A stretch of DNA of 60,141 bases, filler included. It is 6 parts of 6 records of this genome, joined end to end, with 100 filler letters (N's around TTAATTAATTAA, not from the genome) between each part and the next. Parts side by side here need not be neighbours in the genome. Positions count along the whole stretch, not along the records: positions 44,594 to 52,531 come from DRR723986_11040; positions 52,632 to 60,141 come from DRR723986_11042; 4 more parts are not named here. One strand, written 5' to 3'. The notes beneath the pieces are model-generated. The model was not told the DNA's origin, did not search any database, and was given only the letters and a program-made list of their open reading frames with translations. The position numbers were made by a program, and so were the translations under genes. Below are positions 49,183 to 60,141 of the stretch, one piece after another (position 1 is the first letter of the stretch; each line of letters opens with the position of its first letter).

Positions 49183-49938
49183 ATGAAAAACAAAATTGCC
49201 TTAGTCACTGGTGCAACTTCTGGAATCGGCAAAGCTGCTGCAATTACTCTTGCTAAAATTGGTTATGATATCATCGCCACAGGCAGACGTGGAAATCGTC
49301 TGGAGGAATTGAAGTCAGATTTGCCAGAAGGAATTGATTTTTTGCCTTTAGTTTTCGATGTACGTGATAGAGAAAAGGTCTTGGAAATACTCACGAATCT
49401 GCCCGAAAAATGGAAAGCCATCGATGTCCTGATCAATAACGCAGGGAATGCTCATGGAATCGATCCAGTACAAACTGCCAACCTCGACGATTGGGATGCG
49501 ATGATGGATATCAATGTGAAAGGATTGCTGTATGTCTCCAGAGCAATTATCCCTAGCATGGCAGAAAGAAAATCGGGAATGATCATCAATATAGGGTCTA
49601 TCGCTGGAAAGGAAGTTTATCCCAATGGCAGCGTCTATTGCGGCAGCAAACATGCTGTCGATGCGATCACCAAAGGGATGCGAATAGATTTGAATTACTT
49701 CGGGATACGTGTAGTTGCGATTCACCCTGGTTTGGTGGAAACTGAATTCTCCTTGGTGAGATTTAAAGGAAATGAAGACAAGGCAGACGCTGTCTATCAG
49801 GGAATAGAGCCACTGGTAGCTCAGGACATTGCAGATATAGTAGAATTTGCGGTTACTAGACCTCCGCATGTTACCATTGCTGATGTAGTAGTGCTCCCAA
49901 CGGCTCAGGCTTCTGCTACCATTGTCAATAGAAAATAG
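49183..49938 (+). CDS. SDR oxidoreductase (YdfG-like)
   Basis: TGATSGIG, NNAG, YCGSK and PGLVETEFS motifs; ATG 49183. Confidence 0.92.
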   Translation: MKNKIALVTGATSGIGKAAAITLAKIGYDIIATGRRGNRLEELKSDLPEGIDFLPLVFDVRDREKVLEILTNLPEKWKAIDVLINNAGNAHGIDPVQTANLDDWDAMMDINVKGLLYVSRAIIPSMAERKSGMIINIGSIAGKEVYPNGSVYCGSKHAVDAITKGMRIDLNYFGIRVVAIHPGLVETEFSLVRFKGNEDKADAVYQGIEPLVAQDIADIVEFAVTRPPHVTIADVVVLPTAQASATIVNRK

Positions 49939-49943
49939 AAATT

Positions 49944-50693
49944 TTGAGAAAAATTCACATACCTGTTTTACTGCTAATGCTAAGTTGTGGCACTTCCCAG
50001 AAGAGCGATCAGGAGATATTTTCCGAACAGCAACGGGAAGTATTAGATCCCATAAAGGAAGTAGATCTTGTAGAGGAAATGCCAGAGTTAGAAAAAACTC
50101 TTCGTGCACAAGGATTGGTTGAGTTGGAGGGATTTATTCCAGAGATTAAAGTAGAACTGAAATATTCCACGACCGACAATTTCTTCAAACAGGATGTCTA
50201 TGGAGATTTAACCAAGGCCTTTCTTCAACCAGAAGTCGCTGAGCAATTGAAAAAAGCTCAGGAAATGCTCAAAGCTGAATATCCAGACTATACCTTGCTT
50301 GTATATGATGGCGTGCGTCCATCTTCGGTGCAGCAGATCCTGTGGGACAATCTGGATAAACCTGACAGCCTGAAGCCTTTGTATGTAGCCGATCCCAAAA
50401 AAGGTAGTTTACACAACTTTGGAGTTGCAGTGGATTTGACGATTTTCGACACGAAAGCAGACTCAACCTTGGATATGGGCACTGGCTATGATTACTTTGG
50501 CTATCCAGCATATCCTGATCGTGAAGATCAAATGCTAGCGGAAGGAAAAATAACCAAAGAACAAATCGCAAACCGGGAAATTCTCCGTAAAGTGATGACT
50601 TCAAACGGTTTTACAGGAGTCGGCTCTGAATGGTGGCATTTCAATGCTTTCTCTAGAAAAGAAGCTGGAGAAAAGTTTGAAATTATCAAGTGA
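49944..50693 (+). CDS. M15D D-Ala-D-Ala dipeptidase (VanX/DdpX-like), lipoprotein
   Basis: SLHNFGVAVD, DMGTGYD and EWWHF motifs; lipobox LSC. Confidence 0.9.
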   Translation: MRKIHIPVLLLMLSCGTSQKSDQEIFSEQQREVLDPIKEVDLVEEMPELEKTLRAQGLVELEGFIPEIKVELKYSTTDNFFKQDVYGDLTKAFLQPEVAEQLKKAQEMLKAEYPDYTLLVYDGVRPSSVQQILWDNLDKPDSLKPLYVADPKKGSLHNFGVAVDLTIFDTKADSTLDMGTGYDYFGYPAYPDREDQMLAEGKITKEQIANREILRKVMTSNGFTGVGSEWWHFNAFSRKEAGEKFEIIK

Positions 50694-50758
50694 CAATGCC
50701 CAAATTTCAATGCTCAATTATCAAGTATCAATATTCAACAAAGCTATAACTTAACCCT

Positions 50759-51493
50759 ATGACCTTAAAAAACATACTTTTAACCCTTACGCTGATTTTC
50801 AGTATTGCACTAGTATCTCATGCTCAGCAATTCAGAGCCTTAGTTTTTAGTAAGACTGCAGGATTCCGCCACCAGTCTATACCTGAAGCTGTAGCGGCTA
50901 TTAAACAACTTGGGAAAACTCAAGGTTTCGCTGTTTATACTACAGAAGATGCAGGTGCTTTCAATGATGATAACCTTGCGAAATACGATGTCGTAATTTT
51001 AGCATCGACTACTGGTACGATCTTTAATGACGAACAAAAAGCAGCTTTCCAGAAGTATGTTCAAAGTGGAAAGGGCGTGGTAGGAATTCACTCTGCAACT
51101 GATACAGAATATGAGTGGCCTTGGTACAATAAGATGATAGGAGCATATTTCCTTACGCACCCAGCGCAACAGACACTACGATTAGAAGTGGTAGATCAGA
51201 ACCACCCCGCGACTTGGCATTTACCAAAAAACTGGATGTGGTTTGACGAGCTATATGAATTTAGAGATATCAATCCTGATATCAAGGTCTTGATAAAAGC
51301 AGACGAAAGCACCTATAAGGTAGGAAAGGGTAACGGAAATAATCACCCTATGTCTTGGTATCATGAGTTTGATGGTGGGAGAGTGTTCTATACAGCTCTA
51401 GGGCATGTGGAATCTGCATGGGTAGAACCTGATTTCTTAAAGCACGTTTCTGGCGGCATATGGTATGCAGCCACTGGTCATCCGTTCAAATAG
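50759..51493 (+). CDS. ThuA-like (class I glutamine amidotransferase-like) domain protein
   Basis: FSKTAGFRH, GIHSATD and GGRVFYTALGH motifs. Confidence 0.9.
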   Translation: MTLKNILLTLTLIFSIALVSHAQQFRALVFSKTAGFRHQSIPEAVAAIKQLGKTQGFAVYTTEDAGAFNDDNLAKYDVVILASTTGTIFNDEQKAAFQKYVQSGKGVVGIHSATDTEYEWPWYNKMIGAYFLTHPAQQTLRLEVVDQNHPATWHLPKNWMWFDELYEFRDINPDIKVLIKADESTYKVGKGNGNNHPMSWYHEFDGGRVFYTALGHVESAWVEPDFLKHVSGGIWYAATGHPFK

Positions 51494-51637
51494 GTTGCAC
51501 TAACGCGCCAACCGGTATTCTCTTTGGAGAAATTATGCGGTAAATTCTAAAGCCTGAAAATTTAAAGAGCAGGAAAAACTGTTTTTCTGGAACTTAATGC
51601 CAGCAAATCGGTTTGCTAAATAAAAATAAAGATCACC

Positions 51638-52219
51638 ATGCTACAAGCACAAGCAAGACCTGTACACCTCTACATGGAGGCCAATCCAAACCCGAATTCC
51701 CTGAAATTTGTGGCCAACTTTATGTTGGTAGACGAGGGAGTAAGTTTTGATTTTCCTGATGCTGAAAGTGCCAAAATCAGTCCTTTAGCCCAAGAGCTTT
51801 TTAATTTTGCCGCAGTAGAGCGTGTTTTTATCGCTTCTAATTTTGTGACTGTCACTAAGTCTGAGTCAGTTGAATGGGCAGAGATCCAAGGAATCGTTCG
51901 TGATCATATCAAGCAATACCTAGAAGCAGGCAAAGCGCCAGTTCCAGTTGCTTTTGAAAAAGATCCGTTGTTCGATGAAAATGATTCTGAAGTGGTGAAA
52001 AAAATCAAAGGAATTCTGGATGAGTACATCCGTCCGGCAGTAGAGCAAGATGGTGGTGCGATTGTTTTCCATTCTTTCCATGAAGGTGTGGTGAAAGTGC
52101 AGCTGCAAGGCTCATGCTCAGGATGTCCTTCAAGTACAGTGACCTTGAAAGCAGGAATTCAAAACCTTCTTACCAGAATGCTTCCAGAAGTGAAGGAAGT
52201 GGTAGCAGAAGGAGTTTAA
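51638..52219 (+). CDS. NifU/Nfu Fe-S scaffold
   Basis: PNPNSLKF, IRPAVEQDGG and GSCSGCPSS motifs. Confidence 0.92.
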   Translation: MLQAQARPVHLYMEANPNPNSLKFVANFMLVDEGVSFDFPDAESAKISPLAQELFNFAAVERVFIASNFVTVTKSESVEWAEIQGIVRDHIKQYLEAGKAPVPVAFEKDPLFDENDSEVVKKIKGILDEYIRPAVEQDGGAIVFHSFHEGVVKVQLQGSCSGCPSSTVTLKAGIQNLLTRMLPEVKEVVAEGV

Positions 52220-52230
52220 GTTGGTTATTT

Positions 52231-52531
52231 ATGGGAAAAAGAGATTGGTCCTGGGCGATTCTTGGAGTTATTGCTTTGGGGATACGCTATTTGGCAGCTC
52301 AAAACCCTGAAGCAACTGACGATATTTACTCGAGAATATTCTTTCCGGGAATCCGGAATGTTATTGATTTGACGCTGGGAAGACTGCCTTTTCCCAGCGT
52401 TTATTTGTTTATAGTGTCCGTGATGCTGATTTTTGGCATTTACCTTTATAAGCTTCACAAAAAAATCGGTTGGAAAAACAGAGTTCTCTATTCCTTGCGT
52501 GCATTTGCAAATGGAATTGGCGCATTGATTT
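52231..52531 (+). CDS. DUF3810-like membrane protein (3'-truncated)
   Basis: YSR.FFP.IR...G.LPF motif; ATG 52231. Confidence 0.65.
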
Positions 52532-52631
52532 NNNNNNNNNNNNNNNNNNNNNNNNNNNNNNNNNNNNNNNNNNNNTTAATTAATTAANNNNNNNNNNNNN
52601 NNNNNNNNNNNNNNNNNNNNNNNNNNNNNNN
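52532..52631. other. Artificial contig linker
   Basis: N run with TTAATTAATTAA. Confidence 0.99.
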
Positions 52632-53037
<406 letters not shown>

Positions 53038-54615
53038 TTATTCCCACTCAATGGTTGCAGGCGGCTTGGAGGAGATGTCGTAGGTTACCCGCGAAACACC
53101 GGAGATTTCGTTGATAATCCGGTTTGACACCGTTTCAAGCAATTCATATGGCAGGCGCGCCCAGCGAGCCGTCATGAAGTCGACGGTTTCAACCGCACGA
53201 ATCGCGATGACATATTCATAGCGACGGGCATCACCCACCACACCCACCGATTTCACCGGCAGGAAGACGGCAAACGCCTGACTGGTCTTGTGATACAGGT
53301 CAGCACGGTGCAGCTCTTCCAGGAAGATCGCGTCGGCACGACGCAGAATGTCCGCATACCCTTTCTTGACCTCGCCGAGGATACGAACGCCCAGCCCCGG
53401 CCCCGGGAACGGATGGCGATACACCATGTCGTACGGCAGCCCCAGCTCAAGGCCGATCCGGCGCACTTCGTCTTTAAACAGCTCACGCAGGGGCTCGACC
53501 AGCTTCATCTTCATGGTTTCCGGCAGGCCACCCACATTGTGATGGGACTTGATGACGTGAGCTTTACCGGTTTTGGACGCCGCAGATTCGATCACGTCCG
53601 GGTAAATTGTGCCCTGGGCGAGCCAGTTCACATCTTTGATATTGGCCGCTTCGTCGTCAAACACGTCAATGAAGGTGTTACCGATGATCTTGCGCTTCTG
53701 CTCCGGGTCGTTCACACCTTTCAGCTTGGACAGGAACAGGTCTTCAGCGTCTACACGGATAACCTTAACGCCCATGTTACTGGCAAACATGTCCATCACC
53801 TGATCGCCTTCGTGCAGGCGCAGCAGGCCGTTGTCCACGAACACGCAGGTAAGCTGGTCACCGATGGCTTTGTGCAACAACGCCGCCGTAACCGAAGAAT
53901 CCACACCACCAGACAGGCCCAGCAACACCTTGTCGCTGCCGACCTGCTCCCGGATCTGACGAACCGCGTCATCCACGATTTTTGCCGGCGTCCAGAGGGC
54001 TTCACAGCCACAGATGGTCATCACGAAGTGTTCCAGAATACGCTTGCCTTGAAGCGTATGCGTCACTTCCGGGTGAAACTGAACACCGAACAGGCCGCGA
54101 CTCAGATCCTGCATGGCTGCAATCGGCGCACTTTCAGTGGAAGCCAGCAGTTCAAAACCTTCCGGCATGGCCACCACTTTGTCACCGTGGCTCATCCACA
54201 CATCCAGCAGGGACTCACCGGCCGGTGTGAGGTGGTCTGTGATATCCGCCAGCAATGGTCCCTTCGCCCGCACTTTCACCTGGGCGTAACCAAACTCCCG
54301 CTTCTCGGAACTGGCTACCCGACCGCCAAGCTGCTCTGCCATGGTCTGCATGCCGTAGCAGATACCCAGCACCGGAATACCACGATCGAACAGACCTTCC
54401 GGGGCACGCGGGCCACCGAGCTGGGTGACCGATTCCGGGCCGCCCGCCAGAATAATACCCTTGGGATTGAACTCGTTAAGTTCGTCATCGGTGATATCGA
54501 ATGCCTTGATCTCGCAGTAAACCCCGATTTCACGAACGCGACGAGCGATCAACTGGGTGTACTGGGAACCGAAATCGAGAATCAGGATACGGTGGTCGTG
54601 AATGTTCTGGGCCAT
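53038..54615 (-). CDS. guaA: GMP synthase
   Basis: DFGSQY, GICYG, SGGVDS and KPPATIEWE motifs. Confidence 0.98.
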   Translation of the reverse strand: MAQNIHDHRILILDFGSQYTQLIARRVREIGVYCEIKAFDITDDELNEFNPKGIILAGGPESVTQLGGPRAPEGLFDRGIPVLGICYGMQTMAEQLGGRVASSEKREFGYAQVKVRAKGPLLADITDHLTPAGESLLDVWMSHGDKVVAMPEGFELLASTESAPIAAMQDLSRGLFGVQFHPEVTHTLQGKRILEHFVMTICGCEALWTPAKIVDDAVRQIREQVGSDKVLLGLSGGVDSSVTAALLHKAIGDQLTCVFVDNGLLRLHEGDQVMDMFASNMGVKVIRVDAEDLFLSKLKGVNDPEQKRKIIGNTFIDVFDDEAANIKDVNWLAQGTIYPDVIESAASKTGKAHVIKSHHNVGGLPETMKMKLVEPLRELFKDEVRRIGLELGLPYDMVYRHPFPGPGLGVRILGEVKKGYADILRRADAIFLEELHRADLYHKTSQAFAVFLPVKSVGVVGDARRYEYVIAIRAVETVDFMTARWARLPYELLETVSNRIINEISGVSRVTYDISSKPPATIEWE

Positions 54616-54631
54616 GGAGTCCTCGGGCTGT

Positions 54632-54665
54632 AAAGAAACAACGCGGCCCGGAAACCGGGCCGCGT
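54632..54665 (-). terminator. Hairpin between guaB and guaA
   Basis: 11-bp perfect stem ACGCGGCCCGG/CCGGGCCGCGT followed by TGTTTCTTT. Confidence 0.55.
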
Positions 54666-54680
54666 CTGATCAGGCAAAGA

Positions 54681-56219
<1,539 letters not shown>

Positions 56220-56334
56220 TTAATCGATCTATTATAAAGTGGTGCGTAAGGACAGTAAACCGCGCGGTTTTTGCCATTTGGTTGCATCTTTTTGAATTTC
56301 CGTTATTTTTGGCCATCTCTTTCGGCTATTGCTT

Positions 56335-57714
56335 ATGAATAATCCTGGAGCCCGCCCTGTGAGCACCCCCTATCCGGACACCCGCCCACGAGCACTCACA
56401 GTCAGTGAGCTCAACCACCAGGCGCGCCACCTGCTGGAATCAAGCTTTATGCAGGTCTGGGTGGAGGGAGAACTCTCGGGCTTTTCCAGACCCTCGTCAG
56501 GGCACTGGTATTTCTCACTCAAGGATCAGAAATGCCAGATCCGCTGCGCCATGTTCCGTGGCGCCAACCAGCGCATCCGCACCCTGCCCCTGGAAGGTGA
56601 CCAGATCCGGATTCGCGGCAAGGTGACCCTGTACGAGAACCGCGGGGATTTCCAGATCATCGTGGAACACCTCGAGCCCGCTGGGTTGGGCGCCCTCCAG
56701 CAGGCTTTCGAGGCCCTCAAAGCGAGACTCCAGGGCGAAGGCCTGTTTGACCCGGCCCGAAAGAAACCGATTCCCGCCACGCCCAGACATATTGGTGTGG
56801 TTACCTCGCCAACTGGCGCCGCCATCCACGATATTCTGACGGTACTCAAGCGGCGCTGCCCGGCTATTCCGGTCACGCTCTATCCCACCGCCGTTCAAGG
56901 CGAGGCGGCCACCGCAGATATCGTCCGGGCCATTGACCGGGCTCAACAGCATGGCCTGGCCGATGTCCTGATCATCGGCCGGGGCGGCGGCTCCCTGGAA
57001 GACTTGTGGTGCTTCAACGAAGAAGCCGTCGCGCGGGCCATTGCCGCCTGCCCCATCCCGACCGTCAGCGCCGTTGGTCATGAGGTCGACGTCACCATTG
57101 CTGATTTTGTCGCGGACTTGAGAGCCCCCACGCCGTCGGCAGCCGCTGAGAAGATCTCACCCGACCAGCAGGACTGGCTCCGTCGACTGGCCGAGCAGCA
57201 GGGCCGTCTTGGCCAGTCTGCACGCCGCTTATTGCAAAGACTGGATAACCAGTTGGGGCATCTGTCTGCCCGGCTCAGGGACCCTCGACGGGAACTACTG
57301 GAAAAGGCGCAACGCATGGATGAGCTTGAGCTGCGGCTGAACAAGGCCATCCGAGACAGACTGGACCAGCGGAAGCAGAAAACCGATTACCTGCTTCAAA
57401 GGATGAGCGCGCAATCCCCTCACCGAACCCTGAAAACAGCAAGAGAACAGACCCAACGTCTCGAGGAACGCCTTACACTCGCGACCCGTCACCAGCTGCG
57501 CCAAAAAGACGAGCGATTACAGCACATTGCACAAACCCTTCATGTTGTCAGCCCTCTGGCTACCCTCGGAAGAGGCTACGCCATCGTCAAGGACGACAAT
57601 GACCGGATCGTTCGCAAGGCGGGCGATCTGGAAACTGGCAGTCAGATTACCGCAAGACTTGGTCATGGCTCGGTGGCCGCCCGGGTGACAGAGATCAATT
57701 CTTCGAGCGAATAG
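56335..57714 (+). CDS. xseA: Exodeoxyribonuclease VII large subunit
   Basis: [20 protein letters not shown] and PTPSAAAE motifs; start uncertain (56335 or 56359). Confidence 0.95.
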   Translation: MNNPGARPVSTPYPDTRPRALTVSELNHQARHLLESSFMQVWVEGELSGFSRPSSGHWYFSLKDQKCQIRCAMFRGANQRIRTLPLEGDQIRIRGKVTLYENRGDFQIIVEHLEPAGLGALQQAFEALKARLQGEGLFDPARKKPIPATPRHIGVVTSPTGAAIHDILTVLKRRCPAIPVTLYPTAVQGEAATADIVRAIDRAQQHGLADVLIIGRGGGSLEDLWCFNEEAVARAIAACPIPTVSAVGHEVDVTIADFVADLRAPTPSAAAEKISPDQQDWLRRLAEQQGRLGQSARRLLQRLDNQLGHLSARLRDPRRELLEKAQRMDELELRLNKAIRDRLDQRKQKTDYLLQRMSAQSPHRTLKTAREQTQRLEERLTLATRHQLRQKDERLQHIAQTLHVVSPLATLGRGYAIVKDDNDRIVRKAGDLETGSQITARLGHGSVAARVTEINSSSE

Positions 57715-57827
57715 CGCCGCTGAGCCTGGCAACTACGCCTATGGTCTACTAGCCCCGGATTTCAAAGCTCCTAAAGTTGTCGATAACAACGATAAAACAA
57801 CAACACGGACAACCGAGGTGGAGCACA

Positions 57828-59702
57828 ATGAGCTACAACTCCGAATTTCGCCGGTCCATTGACCAGCGGGATGATTTCTGGCGTGAGCAGGCGCAGCACA
57901 TCGACTGGATCAAAGCCCCGAATACGATCTGGCGCGCCCTCGATAACGGCCATGGCGAGTGGTTTCCGGACGGTGAGCTGAACACCAGCGACGTAGCCCT
58001 GGATGCCAATATCCGTGCCGGCCGCGGCGACCAGAAAGCCCTGATTTATGACTCCCCGGTCACCAACACCAAACAGTCATTCACCTACAACGAACTGCGT
58101 GATGAAGTTGCCCTGTTCGCCGGCGCCCTGCGTGCCCGCGGAGTAGAAAAAGGTGACCGCGTAATCATCTATATGCCGATGATTCCTCAGGCAGCCATCG
58201 CCATGCTGGCCTGCGCCAGGCTGGGCGCAGTCCATTCGGTGGTCTTCGGCGGTTTTGCAGCACACGAACTGGCCGTTCGCATTGAAGATGCCAAACCCAA
58301 GGCACTGATTACCGCCTCCTGCGGCATCGAAGTTACCAAGGTGATCGAATACAAACCGCTGGTAGACAAGGCCATAGAGCAATCCAGCCACAAACCGGAC
58401 GCGTGCGTGGTATTCCAGCGGCCACAGATCAAGGCAACCATGCAGGAAGGCCGAGACTTTGACTGGAACGAGATCGTGGCCAACGCCACCCCGGCCGAAC
58501 CGGTACCCGTCAAGGCCAACGACCCGCTTTATATTCTATACACCTCCGGTACCACCGGGAAACCCAAAGGCGTAGTCCGTGACAACGGGGGCCACGCCGT
58601 TGCCCTCACTTACAGCATGAAGCTGGTCTACGACGCCAAACCCGGAGACGTTTACTGGGCGGCCTCAGATGTTGGCTGGGTGGTCGGCCACAGCTACATT
58701 GTTTATGCACCACTCTTTACCGGCTGCACCACCATTTTTTACGAGGGCAAACCGGTAAAAACCCCGGATGCCGGCGCATTCTGGCGCGTGGTTCAGGACC
58801 ACAAGGTCAATATGCTGTTTACCGCGCCCACCGCATTCCGTGCAGTGCGCAAGGAAGACCCGGAAGCAGATCAGTTGAGCCGCTACGATGTTTCCTCCCT
58901 CAAACGGATTTTCCTGGCCGGCGAGCGCCTGGATCCGCCCACCTATGAGTGGCTGAAGGAGCACACCGGGCTGCCAATCCTTGATCACTGGTGGCAGACT
59001 GAAACCGGCTGGGCCATTTGCTGCAACCCGGTCGGCATTGAAATGATGACTACGAAACCCGGCTCTGCAACCGTGCCCTCACCCGGCTTCAACGTTCAGG
59101 TAGTGGACATGGAAGGCAGCCAGGTACCCGCGGGCGAACAGGGCCAGGTTGCAGTCAAACTGCCATTACCCCCGGGCTGCCTGATGACCGTATGGGGCGA
59201 CGACCAGCGCTTCCAGAACAGCTACCTCAAGCCAATCCCTGGCTTCTACAGCTCCGGCGACGGTGGTTTTATCGATGATGACGGCTATGTCTTCATCATG
59301 GGGCGGACGGATGATGTAATTAACGTCGCCGGGCACCGGCTCTCCACCGGCGAGATGGAAGAAGTCGTTGCATCCCATCCGGCGATCGCGGAATGCTGCG
59401 TAGTGGGCGCTCATGACGATATGAAGGGTCAGATTCCGGTTGGCCTGGTGCTGATCAAAGATGGCGCCACCATTGACCAGGATGAACTGGAGGAGGAGCT
59501 GGTAGAGATGGTTCGCGAGAAGATCGGGGCTATTGCCTGTTTCCGCCGGGCTATCGTTGTTGACCGTTTACCCAAAACCCGCTCCGGCAAGATCCTGCGA
59601 CGTATTATTCGCCAGATTGCCGATGGCGAGGAATACACGGTACCCAGCACCATCGACGACCCGGCCATTCTGGAAGAAATCAGCGAGAAATTCGGTCGCT
59701 GA
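57828..59702 (+). CDS. prpE: Propionyl-CoA synthetase
   Basis: YTSGTTGKPKG, SDVGWVVGHSY, DHWWQTE and PKTRSGK motifs; ATG 57828. Confidence 0.88.
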   Translation: MSYNSEFRRSIDQRDDFWREQAQHIDWIKAPNTIWRALDNGHGEWFPDGELNTSDVALDANIRAGRGDQKALIYDSPVTNTKQSFTYNELRDEVALFAGALRARGVEKGDRVIIYMPMIPQAAIAMLACARLGAVHSVVFGGFAAHELAVRIEDAKPKALITASCGIEVTKVIEYKPLVDKAIEQSSHKPDACVVFQRPQIKATMQEGRDFDWNEIVANATPAEPVPVKANDPLYILYTSGTTGKPKGVVRDNGGHAVALTYSMKLVYDAKPGDVYWAASDVGWVVGHSYIVYAPLFTGCTTIFYEGKPVKTPDAGAFWRVVQDHKVNMLFTAPTAFRAVRKEDPEADQLSRYDVSSLKRIFLAGERLDPPTYEWLKEHTGLPILDHWWQTETGWAICCNPVGIEMMTTKPGSATVPSPGFNVQVVDMEGSQVPAGEQGQVAVKLPLPPGCLMTVWGDDQRFQNSYLKPIPGFYSSGDGGFIDDDGYVFIMGRTDDVINVAGHRLSTGEMEEVVASHPAIAECCVVGAHDDMKGQIPVGLVLIKDGATIDQDELEEELVEMVREKIGAIACFRRAIVVDRLPKTRSGKILRRIIRQIADGEEYTVPSTIDDPAILEEISEKFGR

Positions 59703-59731
59703 TCAAACCTAAATCCGCTGAGCCACAGAAC

Positions 59732-59768
59732 ACCCGGGGCGCTCTTGGTCGAGAGCAGCCCCGGGTTT
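59732..59768 (+). terminator. Hairpin/terminator after prpE
   Basis: ACCCGGGGC-GCTCT...AGAGC-A-GCCCCGGGT followed by TT. Confidence 0.6.
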
Positions 59769-59833
59769 CACTTTGATTACAACTTATTGTTTTTTATCAA
59801 TTAAAAAACACGTACTGATCATAAAAAAAACAA

Positions 59834-59861
59834 TTGACGCCTTTCAAAGTCGGTCTATACT
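59834..59861 (+). promoter_or_regulatory. Sigma70 promoter of the cold-shock gene
   Basis: TTGACG-16 bp-TATACT with an A-rich UP element. Confidence 0.75.
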
Positions 59862-60015
59862 GAAAATTGCTGTGTACTTCTGCAGCGTTATTTGGCGAAT
59901 GCGTTACAACGTCCTGCCCTTGGCTTTTCGTTGCCCCTTCCTCAGTGCGCTCCGGATGTCCCAGCTCGAAAGAAGGTCCCGTGAGGGAAAATTATCAGTA
60001 AGACAGGAAAGATCG

Positions 60016-60141
60016 ATGTCCGATACCAAAACCGGCCACGTGAAGTGGTTCAACGAATCCAAGGGCTTTGGCTTCATCGCCCAGGAAGGCGGCAGTGACG
60101 TTTTCGTTCACTACAGTGCAATCAACGCAAACGGTTTCCGT
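60016..60141 (+). CDS. CspA-family cold-shock protein (3'-truncated)
   Basis: [21 protein letters not shown]...DVFVHYSAI (RNP1/RNP2). Confidence 0.95.
   Translation, partial: MSDTKTGHVKWFNESKGFGFIAQEGGSDVFVHYSAINANGFR

Overview
This window is not one locus. It is six contigs joined by 100-nt N linkers that each carry TTAATTAATTAA (10201-10300, 22610-22709, 32103-32202, 44494-44593, 52532-52631). Taxonomic labels are inferred from composition and gene content. (1) 1-10200, GC-rich, Rhodobacteraceae-like: hisS-hisZ-hisG, DUF1489, class II RNR nrdJ, an FGE-domain protein and a GT/MptE-like protein. These are followed by a ~3.4-kb islet bounded by 22-bp direct repeats at a tRNA (probably Phe) 3' end, carrying a decayed tyrosine integrase, a solo LuxR, an NTF2/SnoaL protein and a secreted alpha/beta hydrolase. 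(2) 10301-22609, Marinobacter-like: a beta-oxidation enzyme, a PcaR-type IclR with two operator boxes, TctCBA, an AEC transporter, acyP, tsdBA, DUF1330, azlCD and an MCP. (3) 22710-32102, FCB-group-like: an uncharacterised helical protein, two tandem paralogous membrane proteins with CxxC-less thioredoxin-like domains (one with WSGPD), a TPR histidine kinase, and TetR plus a DUF6503-like gene with a perfect operator. (4) 32203-44493, AT-rich Flavobacteriales-like: T9SS cargo (PKD repeats; Lys-C-like protease), an unannotated start-less ORF, a candidate sRNA, and a type-B-CTD / PorP / PorE-like triad. (5) 44594-52531, Cyclobacteriaceae-like housekeeping genes (engB, ubiE, porT and others). (6) 52632-60141, Marinobacter-like: tadA, guaA, guaB, xseA, prpE and a cold-shock gene. 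The best novelty candidates are the LuxR-solo islet, the WSGPD thioredoxin-like membrane pair, and the sRNA plus start-less ORF at 37.5-38.0 kb. No CRISPR array or rRNA was seen.
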